A stretch of 64,000 nt of DNA from assembly GCA_034723315.1 (NCBI GenBank), contig JAYEOV010000055.1:507-64506 (forward strand), given 5' to 3'. The position numbers and the translations under genes are program-made. This stretch comes from Candidatus Omnitrophota bacterium. GTDB lineage: Bacteria; Omnitrophota; Gorgyraeia; Tantalellales; Tantalellaceae. The first letter of the stretch is position 1; every line of letters begins with the position of its first letter. The notes under the pieces are model-generated. The model ran no database searches, was not told where the DNA came from, and was given only the letters and a program-made list of their open reading frames with translations. Shown here in pieces: positions 55,650 to 64,000 of this stretch.

Positions 55650-55723
55650 TGGAGCGAGCGATGGGAATCGAACCCACATAGGAAGCTTGGAAGGCTTCTG
55701 CACTACCACTGTGCTACGCTCGC
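55650..55723 (-). tRNA. tRNA-Gly (anticodon TCC), CCA encoded
   Basis: GCGAGCGTAGCACAGTGGTAGTGCAGAAGCCTTCCAAGCTTCCTATGTGGGTTCGATTCCCATCGCTCGCTCCA. Confidence 0.8.
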
Positions 55724-55808
55724 CTCTGTACTTGAAGGTCCAAAATACAAAAGATACTTTTCTCTTTCATGATCTATCATCACGGTCGTTTGCCCCCTTA
55801 CTTCAAGG

Positions 55809-56669
55809 CTATTTTAACGTTTTAGGTATATCCACGGTATCCACCGCGCTGTTTTTCATCAGATTATAGACATCCAGAACGTTCCGCATGGCTGCCTTTT
55901 CTTCTCCCGTTATCGTTCTATCAGCAAAGGCTCTCTTCCCTCTATACCTTAGCACCGTTTCGGGTGATGATATGATCTGTCTAACCATTTCCTCTATTTG
56001 CGCAGTAACCGGCCTGTTATCCAGTTCGGCCACCACTCCGCCTCCGAGGGCTTCCCTCTTAACGTCAACAGGCTCCAGGACAAACCTCTCTTTATCCGTC
56101 CAGACAACATAAGACTCTATGAACAGCCAGTCATTCCCGATATATCTTAATTCCAGGCGAAGCTCCGGCTTTTCCGCATCTTTCTTTTCAATATACAGGT
56201 TAATGAATTGCCTTGCGACGGCATCGCCGTCCTCATACCATGTGACGCCTTCTATCTCGTCCCTTGCGATCTCCATGCTCTCTAACGCTTTTCCCAGCTC
56301 TACCCTGTTCTGGACGGATCTCTGTTCTATCAAGGTTTTCACTCTGACCAGTATCTCTTTTCCGCGTTTTGCCTCTTTTGATAAAGGATGTTTCACCAGC
56401 AGTATCTCCAGGTTTTTTTTTGCTCCTTCGTGATCCTCGGACTCATAGAACTCTATCGCTTCTTCCAGCAAACTTTTCGCGCTGTATTTGACCTTCTCCA
56501 GTTCTTTCTTCAACAAAACATTCTCCTCTTCCAGGGATCTTACATCCTCTCTTAGATCTTTATTCTTCCTGGCCAGGGTGCGGGATGCCTGTCCTGACGG
56601 ACGGCATCCGCACAGAAATACCAGCGTAATCAATAACAGCGTAAAAAAACTTCTCATGTGCCTCATCAT
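55809..56669 (-). CDS. Hypothetical lipoprotein with coiled-coil segment (start at MMRHMRSFFTLLLITLVFLCGC)
   Basis: Lipobox LCGC. Heptad-like 'LREDVRSLEEENVLLKKELEKVK'. Confidence 0.6.
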   Translation of the reverse strand: MMRHMRSFFTLLLITLVFLCGCRPSGQASRTLARKNKDLREDVRSLEEENVLLKKELEKVKYSAKSLLEEAIEFYESEDHEGAKKNLEILLVKHPLSKEAKRGKEILVRVKTLIEQRSVQNRVELGKALESMEIARDEIEGVTWYEDGDAVARQFINLYIEKKDAEKPELRLELRYIGNDWLFIESYVVWTDKERFVLEPVDVKREALGGGVVAELDNRPVTAQIEEMVRQIISSPETVLRYRGKRAFADRTITGEEKAAMRNVLDVYNLMKNSAVDTVDIPKTLK

Positions 56670-56892
56670 GCCCTGCTCAGCAAAACGGCCCCGTTTTCTC
56701 TGCCTGTAACCCTGCTTTGCTCTTACCCGGCCGCTTCCGTGCCCTCTGTCCGTTCCCACGATGTTCCTGTCGCCAACGCGGTGATACCTGTTTTCCGTCC
56801 TGTCCACAAGCTACCCGTCGCCCGTATCATAAACCATTCTCCTGTTTCTCGTCCGGGTAACCCTCCGTAAAAAACACTACCCCTCACCATCG

Positions 56893-57687
56893 TCAGAACC
56901 CACAAATACGCATAATACCTTCATTATCCCCTTCCGTTCCCGACAGAAAAACACGCTGTCTCTCCCCCGCGGCATCGAACCAGAGCCTCTTAACAAGTTT
57001 TCCGCCGATATAAACGTTCAATCGAAATTTTCCGGTAAGGTCATCCCTGGAAAAATACCATTTATTGCCGAAATGGCCGTTCCCGAATTTTATCCTGTGT
57101 TCGGAGATCACGCTGTTAGTGCTGGAATAGAATTGCGGACCCAGGGCCCTTTTCGGAGGGCCGGGCAGATTGATGACCACCACAAGTTTTTCGCTGACAT
57201 CGTTGTCTGAATAATCAAACGTATATCCGAAATAATCTTTCCTGCCCTCTGTTGCAGGCACTTCCAGGCTGGTGGTCTCTTCCGTGACAACGATATCTTC
57301 GCCCGCGTCCATCTTTCCGAATTTGAAATTGTATATCCTTATATCCTTTTCGGGCTGCTTTTCCAGGATCTGGAGTAATCCCGATTCCTTCTCCCTGTAA
57401 TAACCCGAACGATATCCGGAATAAAAGCCGTCTTCCGCGGCTTTTAAATACTCCTCCGCTTCCTGATATTTTGCCACTGCCCGGAGTTCTTCGTGCTTGG
57501 GACTGATAACCTTTGTTTTCAAAATCTTGTAGCTGGCGCCAGGATCATACTTTTCCGCTTTCTTGCCCTCTTCATAACCCCGGGAATACCACTGGTCATA
57601 CCAGGTTTTATGCGAATCGGATTCCCCATAGCCCGCAGGGGGCAAGAGGATCAACACCGTCAAGATCACTGATATTATTTTTTTCAT
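56893..57687 (-). CDS. Secreted hypothetical protein (signal peptide)
   Basis: 264 aa. MKKIISVILTVLILLPPAGYG. Confidence 0.55.
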   Translation of the reverse strand: MKKIISVILTVLILLPPAGYGESDSHKTWYDQWYSRGYEEGKKAEKYDPGASYKILKTKVISPKHEELRAVAKYQEAEEYLKAAEDGFYSGYRSGYYREKESGLLQILEKQPEKDIRIYNFKFGKMDAGEDIVVTEETTSLEVPATEGRKDYFGYTFDYSDNDVSEKLVVVINLPGPPKRALGPQFYSSTNSVISEHRIKFGNGHFGNKWYFSRDDLTGKFRLNVYIGGKLVKRLWFDAAGERQRVFLSGTEGDNEGIMRICGF

Positions 57688-57987
57688 ATTATATATTTCC
57701 TTTTATCCTAAGTATATCGATTTCCCGATAAGTTTCAAGTCTCATGGCCTGTAAAGACACTATACACGATCCCGCCTGATGCTGCGCTACGGACCCTTCA
57801 TACGAGCCCTCCTTTACCCCGAACCATATGCCCCACACTTTAGCGTGGGAATGAATACCGTTAGAAATTAGATTTATAACGGGATGAATGCTTAGATAGC
57901 GTTCGGTACAGCCTCGAACCACATTGGGACCGGGGTCATTCATTATCCCATACTGTCATGAAGCCCCACGGGCAAGCAGTACCGCCC

Positions 57988-58329
57988 TTACCATCCTTTA
58001 CCTCTTGTCCTTATCAACAGGTAGACCGCCGTGGCGTATATCAAAAGAACGCTCAGCAACGACAGGTAAGACCACGCGGGCATTTTATCCCTTGATAACA
58101 GGACCAATCCGCTCATCATTATAAAGAAAAATACGGGTATAACGACACCCAACAACCTTCCCCTTCTCAAAACGGGGTCACCTTCGACCAGTGGGAACGC
58201 TACGAACAGTATTGCACTGCCGAGCAGCCATAAAAGAACGGCCCATATAAGGTAGCCCTCGGCGAAACAGATCCCGCCTATCACCGATAAAGTTATGACC
58301 GTAGCCCTGAACAGTATAGCCTTACCCAC
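57988..58329 (-). CDS. Small membrane protein (3-4 TM)
   Basis: 113 aa, hydrophobic. Confidence 0.5.
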   Translation of the reverse strand: MGKAILFRATVITLSVIGGICFAEGYLIWAVLLWLLGSAILFVAFPLVEGDPVLRRGRLLGVVIPVFFFIMMSGLVLLSRDKMPAWSYLSLLSVLLIYATAVYLLIRTRGKGW

Positions 58330-58346
58330 GATACTCGTCTCTCTTT

Positions 58347-58652
58347 TCAGATGGTCTTCTCCCAGAAAGTGACCTCAGGCGGCCCGTCAAGAAGAATCCC
58401 TGTTTTTTTCGCGAACGCCCTGTAATAATCTTTTTCAATATACTTATCACGACCTTCCCTGCTGTCCCAGGTAGAATACAGCATAAAAAGCCCCTTGTCG
58501 TCGATTGATTGATGAACGTTGAAATCCACACACCCGTCCTCGGACTGGCTCGGCGCGACAAGCGAGACCAGTTCCTGTCCGAGCTTTTCCTCCATCCCGC
58601 CCTTAGCTTTCATGCGGGTAAGAACCACGAACTGTTTGCTTAAAAAAGCCAA
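58347..58652 (-). CDS. ABM (antibiotic-biosynthesis-monooxygenase / Dabb) domain protein
   Basis: 101 aa. Ferredoxin-like ABM pattern 'FVVL...K.G.EE...ELV....S..E.GC..F.....D...F.L...W'. Confidence 0.6.
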   Translation of the reverse strand: MAFLSKQFVVLTRMKAKGGMEEKLGQELVSLVAPSQSEDGCVDFNVHQSIDDKGLFMLYSTWDSREGRDKYIEKDYYRAFAKKTGILLDGPPEVTFWEKTI

Positions 58653-58662
58653 CTGTCCCTCC

Positions 58663-59250
58663 TTAAAATAGTCCCAGATGATATTTCTTCAATTTCGCGT
58701 CAAGTCCCTTCGCGTCACCCACCAGAGAGTCCAGTTTCCTCCAGAAATCCTTACCGTGGTTCTTTATCCGAGTATGCATGAGCTCGTGCAATATCACGTA
58801 TTCAGCAAGCTCGTCAGGCAACTGAGCCAATTTTACGTTAATGCTGATATTGTTCGCGCGAGAACAACTTCCCCATAAGGTCTTCTGGTTGCGAACGAAC
58901 AGCCTGTTAAAGATAAAACCGTGTTCACGGGCCAGTTCATCCACTCTGCCGAGGAGGTCTTCTTTCGCCCTGGTGCCGTCAACATCGGGTATCCTCCATG
59001 AAACGGAACGGTATTCCCGTTCGGCCTTTATCATCCTGCCCATGTGCTTCCGCACCCATGCCAGATTGGATCGAACTATCCTTTCGGCCTCCTCGAAGGA
59101 TATCCCATAAGGTATCGCGACGCGGACTCCCTTGAAAGGGATCACGAATATGTTCAGATGTTTTGACCTGGCGCTGCGTTCGAACAGAACGGACCCGGCC
59201 CCGTCTATTTCCCTGATCTCCGATCTTGCCATGGATAAAGCGACGTACAT
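58663..59250 (-). CDS. DUF45 / YgjP-like zinc metallohydrolase
   Basis: C-terminal 'YVILHELMHTRIKNHGKDFWRKL' (HExxH followed by FW) typical of the family. Confidence 0.7.
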   Translation of the reverse strand: MYVALSMARSEIREIDGAGSVLFERSARSKHLNIFVIPFKGVRVAIPYGISFEEAERIVRSNLAWVRKHMGRMIKAEREYRSVSWRIPDVDGTRAKEDLLGRVDELAREHGFIFNRLFVRNQKTLWGSCSRANNISINVKLAQLPDELAEYVILHELMHTRIKNHGKDFWRKLDSLVGDAKGLDAKLKKYHLGLF

Positions 59251-59275
59251 GAGAGGTCAGACCCCTCATTGGTTA

Positions 59276-60037
59276 TTACTGTCCCATCATCTTTTCGACT
59301 GCTTCCCCCAGCATTTTTCCCGCCCCGGAAGAACCGAACAACTTTCCCGACACCTGGGACAACAAATTATCCGAAATGCCGCTTGTCAGCCTGTCAAGCT
59401 CAAAATCGGCAAGCTTTGATATGGTGGTCTTTGCCAGGGACTTCATCAGTATAAGGCTGACAAGTGACTGCAGATCCGTTATGTTCTCATATTTTTCGTT
59501 GATGTCAACGTCGAATTCATTAACCGAAGGCGCGCCCCCCTGCGAATAATCCTTGTAAATCACCTTCCCGACCTTGAGTTCAAGGGTATCGATCTGCAGC
59601 CGCATACCTGGCCCCTTCTTCCCCTCCTCGGGTTTGGCCTTCTCCGCCCCGCTGTCGCTGACAACCTTGAGGGAATCAAGATTGAGCTGCGCCCTCGAGT
59701 TTTTCTCAACGATAAACTCCTTCATGTTAATTTTCATGTCCTTAAAATGTATCTTTCCCCTGAAAAAAGCAGGAAGGTCATAGTGAACATATATCTCCGG
59801 CATGTCCAGCATCAACCTGTCTTTAAATCCTCTCGGGTTATGCAACTTCAACCCCTTGATATCTATAATGCCGCTAAAAATGCCTACTTCCATCCCGGAA
59901 ATGCTCAACTTAAGGCCCGTAACCCCCTGCACCACCTTTTCGACGGAAAACTTGATCATGTTATCTTTTACCGCCGATAATGCAAGAAGCACTGCCAGCA
60001 CGCCGATCAGCAAATACATCCATTTGTTCATCTTCAT
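59276..60037 (-). CDS. Membrane-anchored hypothetical protein (N-terminal TM, periplasmic domain)
   Basis: 253 aa. Confidence 0.5.
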   Translation of the reverse strand: MKMNKWMYLLIGVLAVLLALSAVKDNMIKFSVEKVVQGVTGLKLSISGMEVGIFSGIIDIKGLKLHNPRGFKDRLMLDMPEIYVHYDLPAFFRGKIHFKDMKINMKEFIVEKNSRAQLNLDSLKVVSDSGAEKAKPEEGKKGPGMRLQIDTLELKVGKVIYKDYSQGGAPSVNEFDVDINEKYENITDLQSLVSLILMKSLAKTTISKLADFELDRLTSGISDNLLSQVSGKLFGSSGAGKMLGEAVEKMMGQ

Positions 60038-60091
60038 GCCGCCTCCTTTTATTTCCAGTTATATAAAAAACTATAACCTCATGGTCACCGA

Positions 60092-60415
60092 TCAATCCAT
60101 GTCCCTCATGCTTTCACCCTCACTGGACATATACTCTCCCTCTCCCCTGTCCTGGACTATCTCTCCGCTGTCCGTCATGTATTCCCCGCCGCCGAGATCT
60201 TCCAACTGAACCATCTTTCCATCGCTCCCCAGGAACTGCCCGCCTCCCAGGTTCTGCAGGGTCTGGCCGTCACCTGTCATATAATATTTCCCGTCCAGCC
60301 CTTCATCGGATTCATTTGCGCCCGACGGGCCATTGTCAGCGAAACAATCCAGTTCCATGAGAAATAAGCATAGAAATGACACGATCAAAGCGATCAGTCC
60401 GACCGATCTTTTCAT
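60092..60415 (-). CDS. Small secreted acidic repeat protein (tandem ~20-aa 'Y(M/L)xxDGxxVQxLGGGxY' repeats)
   Basis: 107 aa, signal peptide. Confidence 0.5.
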   Translation of the reverse strand: MKRSVGLIALIVSFLCLFLMELDCFADNGPSGANESDEGLDGKYYMTGDGQTLQNLGGGQFLGSDGKMVQLEDLGGGEYMTDSGEIVQDRGEGEYMSSEGESMRDMD

Positions 60416-60435
60416 GTTGCTTCCTCCTTCGCTGC

Positions 60436-60771
60436 TTACGTTCTTACGGAAAAAACGTTCCTTATCAGAAGTATGATCGATATGCCGATAAAAAGCACGT
60501 ATGCTATCAAAAGCTCCACGTTCAGGGCAATATTCGTATCGGACATTATGCCTGCCCTCTTGGCATATTCAATCCCGAGAGCTACAAAGGCCAGGCAAAC
60601 GGTCAGGAAAAAGACGAACCTTTTTGCGTTTGCGTTCAGAACGCGCAAGGTCACAACGATTATCAGAAAAAGCAGAAAATGAGTTATGGGAAAGTGCGGG
60701 GTGATGATATCGAGGAACGATGCGAGTATTTGTTCTGAAAGGACCTTCCCCATCCTAACCCCGGCATACAC
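60436..60771 (-). CDS. Small membrane protein
   Basis: 111 aa, 3 TM. Confidence 0.45.
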   Translation of the reverse strand: MYAGVRMGKVLSEQILASFLDIITPHFPITHFLLFLIIVVTLRVLNANAKRFVFFLTVCLAFVALGIEYAKRAGIMSDTNIALNVELLIAYVLFIGISIILLIRNVFSVRT

Positions 60772-61161
60772 CCTCCTTAACCGCCTTATTCCCGAAAACC
60801 GGAATGGCCCCGATAAAAATCTTCATATGGTAAAGCGTGATCACTTTTTAACCTTTTCACTCCGCTTCTCCCTGACCTCCGCCTCATCTCGACCCGGAGC
60901 CCCTTCGGAAGTAATGATCTCGTCTTCGCCGCTCCCTGGTATCCTTTCGGATCCACAAACTTGTCATCCTCTTCTAGCATCGGCCTTTTGGGGATTCTCC
61001 GCATTTCCTCCCGGGCTTCTTACTCATAAGAAGAATCCACTTCCAGAGTGGCCCTTTCGATGTCTGGTTGAGAAAGAGCCATCACGGAACCCGTAAAAAT
61101 GAAAAGACCCATCACCAGGATTATTGTATCCCTTATTTGCCTATCCTCTAAAGATCCTGTG

Positions 61162-61395
61162 TCAGGGTTTGATCCACTCTTTAATACCCCAGACGGCCGC
61201 CCTTATTATCACGTACACCAGCAGCCACGCGATGAGGTGCAGGACGAAAAGGTCCGAAAAAAACCTGGTATGGACATCTCCGTCAACGACAGTCCTGCTT
61301 ACGGAACTGTATATGCTTATCAGGATCACGATCAAACAGTAGCCCGCGAATATCCTGACTTCGCGGAGAAGGATCTTTCGTGTGCCGCTCTCCAT
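61162..61395 (-). CDS. Small membrane protein (hypothetical)
   Basis: 77 aa, 2 TM. Confidence 0.35.
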   Translation of the reverse strand: MESGTRKILLREVRIFAGYCLIVILISIYSSVSRTVVDGDVHTRFFSDLFVLHLIAWLLVYVIIRAAVWGIKEWIKP

Positions 61396-61524
61396 AATCC
61401 TTTTTTTTCATTATCCATAACCGTACGAAGCAGACAAAAGGGCTTTTAAAAAACAACAGAGGTCCTATTTTATAAACAGAACCCCTGCTGTAGTGTGACA
61501 AACATGCGTTTTAAAAAACTGCAA

Positions 61525-61785
61525 TTATTGCATTAGGTATTTTTCACAATCCGGGCCTCTTCTCTTCACAAGTACGTCCGCGTCCTCGCGCAGAGACTCT
61601 CCCTTCACGATCTCAGAGGATTTACCCCAATTGGAAATGTGGTCCGATGCGCCCTGAAACGTCGGGGTATCAATATCCTTGCTCGCGGGCCTGTGTGTGG
61701 AACCTTTCGACGTATCGGCAGCAAAAGCGGAAACCGCACTTACGCAAAAGAGAACGGTTGTTAATACTGCTAAAACTTTTTTCAT
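61525..61785 (-). CDS. Small secreted protein (start at MKKVLAVL)
   Basis: Signal peptide ...AVSAFA. Confidence 0.45.
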   Translation of the reverse strand: MKKVLAVLTTVLFCVSAVSAFAADTSKGSTHRPASKDIDTPTFQGASDHISNWGKSSEIVKGESLREDADVLVKRRGPDCEKYLMQ

Positions 61786-61938
61786 GTCATAACCCCCTTT
61801 CATAGTTATTAAATTTAGAGTATTTTAGCACATATTTATTTAAAATTATACCAGTAATTTTGTAAAATTACGCTAGCTTTGAAACTCTTTTTTTCGCCGG
61901 GCTTATGTCAGATAAAATCCTCCACACTCTTCAATAAC

Positions 61939-62745
61939 TCATTTCTCTTTCAATATCAAAACATGATTTCCGGAATCGACCTTCATATGAAACCTGTTCA
62001 GAAAGGACATCCCCAGAAGCCCGGGTGTACCGCGCAGGTCCATCGTCACCGCCTGGACATTTTCTGCCCTCGCCCCGCTGATTTCAACAGATTCAAGCAT
62101 TATCGGAATACCTTCCCGCATCGTCCCGTCCGCCAGTTTTGTCGCGACCTTTTCGGCCTTCTCCGGCCTGATATCCACAAGCTGCCGCGCCACCTTCAGC
62201 GGTATGACCACGGTAGTAGCTCCGGTATCGACCAGAAGCGGCGTGGTCACCTTTCCGTTCAGAACCGCCTCCACGACGATCCTTGAACTGTCGGCGAACA
62301 TTATCCTGTGCTCCCTGACTCTTCTCGCTCTTTCGGCGATCTCTTCCTTTAGCCTCCGGTTCTCCCGGATCCTTTTGTGAAGCTCCGACAGCTCCCGTTT
62401 TCTTTCTTTTTCGCTTACCTCAGCAGCGGAAACGTGAGCCTTCCATTCGCTTAAGGCGTTATCCCTTTCTTTTCCGCCAGGTGTATCTATTCCCTCAATA
62501 TCATCCTTTGAAAACGCCACGGTCCCGAAACCGACATCTACCACGATGCCCTTTTCGCTCTTTTCTGTTATAAAACCCTTTATCTGCCCACCGCTGTTCA
62601 ACCTTATGATCACAATATCCCGGCTGTTTTCCGCCGGCCCGATACCCTCTTCTGAACTTACTTCTTGAGAGGCGCTTTTTCCGGCCGTCAAAATAATCAC
62701 ACACGACAAAATCAGACTAATGGTAAAATGAATTATTCGTCTCAT
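61939..62745 (-). CDS. Retropepsin-like (clan AA) aspartic protease, membrane/secreted
   Basis: 268 aa. 'LLVDTGATTVVIP' DTG catalytic motif. N-terminal TM. Confidence 0.7.
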   Translation of the reverse strand: MRRIIHFTISLILSCVIILTAGKSASQEVSSEEGIGPAENSRDIVIIRLNSGGQIKGFITEKSEKGIVVDVGFGTVAFSKDDIEGIDTPGGKERDNALSEWKAHVSAAEVSEKERKRELSELHKRIRENRRLKEEIAERARRVREHRIMFADSSRIVVEAVLNGKVTTPLLVDTGATTVVIPLKVARQLVDIRPEKAEKVATKLADGTMREGIPIMLESVEISGARAENVQAVTMDLRGTPGLLGMSFLNRFHMKVDSGNHVLILKEK

Positions 62746-62795
62746 CTTGCACAGCGCTCTGTCCCCCCAGAAAAAATACGGACCAAACCCAGCCG

Positions 62796-63239
62796 CTAAT
62801 ACCCGTACATGTTCAGGAGCTTTTCCGCTTCCCTGGCAAGCTCGTACCTGGTTTCCAGTATTTTTCTGTTTATCTCGGGGTTTTCCCTGTAATTGCTTTT
62901 ATAAAATATGAAATAATATTCCACCCGCGAAAGCAGCTGTTTCGTTAGTTCGTGCATTCTCTCCGCTTCTTCAGGGACAGACCCTGCCGTCCTGTTGTAC
63001 TGATGGGTTATAACGTTGATCTTCTTTAGCGCCGGACCGGGCTCCAGGTAGCCATAGCTGAAATCCTGGAATACCTCGTCGAGATACTCGATCAATTCCC
63101 TGTAGAGATCGAGTTGGTAATATATCTGGTTTATCTCCTCTTCGGTCAAAGCGGACAAACTTACAGCGTACAAGGTGATCAGGAGAATTATTAGTATTAC
63201 TACGGAAAACTTGTTACTTTTCAGCTGAAAGCGGCGCAT
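62796..63239 (-). CDS. Membrane-anchored hypothetical protein
   Basis: 147 aa. Confidence 0.45.
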   Translation of the reverse strand: MRRFQLKSNKFSVVILIILLITLYAVSLSALTEEEINQIYYQLDLYRELIEYLDEVFQDFSYGYLEPGPALKKINVITHQYNRTAGSVPEEAERMHELTKQLLSRVEYYFIFYKSNYRENPEINRKILETRYELAREAEKLLNMYGY

Positions 63240-63298
63240 ATCAATTATACACTATTTTATATAAGGATAAAGTTACCAAAGTGAACACGGGAACTGCC

Positions 63299-63541
63299 TT
63301 ATTTCTTATAATATCTTCTTCCGCTGTCGGGACTCATGGTCAAGGGACGATTCCTGAGAATCTCTCTTTTTCTTTCGTATTGCTGTTTTCGCAGTTTTTG
63401 CCGTTGATAACGCACAGCGCTCCAGAGCAAAAGTGCGATAAGTATAAATATGCCTAATTTCAATAATTCACTATGTCTTTTGTTCATGCCGTCTCCGGTT
63501 ACCGCCGTATTTAGTATACAGCATTTAACTTTGTTAAGCAA
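63299..63541 (-). CDS. Small membrane protein (hypothetical)
   Basis: 80 aa, single TM, basic tail. Confidence 0.35.
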   Translation of the reverse strand: MLNKVKCCILNTAVTGDGMNKRHSELLKLGIFILIALLLWSAVRYQRQKLRKQQYERKREILRNRPLTMSPDSGRRYYKK

Positions 63542-63676
63542 CGGAAAGGACCTCTTGCGAATTGACTCACATTAAATGTTACCGAAAATATACCCTCAAA
63601 ATTAAACATTTGCAAATCCATTAGAAAATCTTAAAATCAAGATAGGAATTTTTCTTTTTCAGAAGAGTATCCTTTA

Positions 63677-64000
63677 TCAATCAGGCAGGTTACTGTCGAC
63701 ACATTTTATAAGCTCTTTCATGCGGACGGGTTTTGCAAGAAAAGGGTAGCTTCCCATCATCCTTTCCTGCACCTGTGAAAACAGAACTGAAATAAAGATG
63801 ATAGGAATTTTACTGCTTGCATTTTCTTTCCTTATCTGTTCGGCAACCATTGCCCCATCCATTCCCGGCATGAGCACATCCAGAAGAACAAGATCCGGTT
63901 TGAATTCCCGAACGGCAAACATGCTTCTGTCTGCCGTGTTAACATACTCAACCTCGTATCTGCCGGTACCCTCCAGGATCTCTTTAACAAGTTCCGTAAA
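63677..64000 (-). CDS. Response-regulator receiver domain protein (N-terminus beyond the window)
   Basis: 'DLVLLDVLMPGMDG...IPIIFISV' CheY-like. The reading frame is open to the window edge. Confidence 0.7.
   Translation of the reverse strand, partial: FTELVKEILEGTGRYEVEYVNTADRSMFAVREFKPDLVLLDVLMPGMDGAMVAEQIRKENASSKIPIIFISVLFSQVQERMMGSYPFLAKPVRMKELIKCVDSNLPD

Noticed and set aside
54875-55650. Missing tRNA-Tyr or a second tRNA-Thr between tRNA-Gly and tRNA-Thr
   Set aside because: No cloverleaf or T-loop (GGTTCGAATCC-like) is found on either strand in this interval.

Overview
This 64 kb window is bacterial DNA with about 50% GC and is almost entirely housekeeping. Every confident gene lies on the minus strand.

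In minus-strand transcription order, the core is the ribosomal/transcription superoperon. It runs from tRNA-Gly and tRNA-Thr through tuf (copy 2), rpmG, tRNA-Trp, secE, nusG, rplK, rplA, rplJ, rplL, rpoB, rpoC, rpsL, rpsG and fusA to tuf (copy 1). It continues through the S10, spc and alpha operons (rpsJ to rplQ), followed by mutS, mutL, nth and a secreted nuclease.

A metabolic and envelope block follows: aspC, leuC, leuD, lipB with a stand-alone lipoyl-domain protein, a class-I aminotransferase, a GT28 MGDG-synthase-like glycosyltransferase, an LpxL-like acyltransferase, a GT2 glycosyltransferase, pcm, a DUF368 protein, a membrane protein and a TonB-dependent receptor. At the other end (55.8–64 kb) is a cluster of small secreted or membrane proteins, an ABM monooxygenase, a DUF45 metallohydrolase, a retropepsin-like aspartic protease and a partial response regulator.

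No canonical defence or mobile-gene system is visible. The unusual content is non-coding and structural:
- a 178-bp MITE-like palindromic element, present as three full copies and one half copy, always between essential genes;
- a family of 'cgtgaatcgtga' word-repeat hairpins (REP-like) and several other locus-specific word-repeat palindromes inside the ribosomal operons;
- a 390-nt block of three tandem ~95-nt hairpin repeats between rplR and rpsE where L30 normally sits, with a related copy after rpmG;
- a conserved 21-nt motif immediately after the stop codons of rplR and rpsH;
- two 100% identical tuf copies;
- a 780-nt AT-rich ORF-free island between tRNA-Gly and tRNA-Thr;
- ribosomal proteins with long low-complexity K/E/A-rich extensions (L7/L12, S5, L3, L17, S3) and an L24 carrying a C-terminal 4-Cys ribbon;
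- a short tandem 'ggggacaYgcc' repeat set at the window start.
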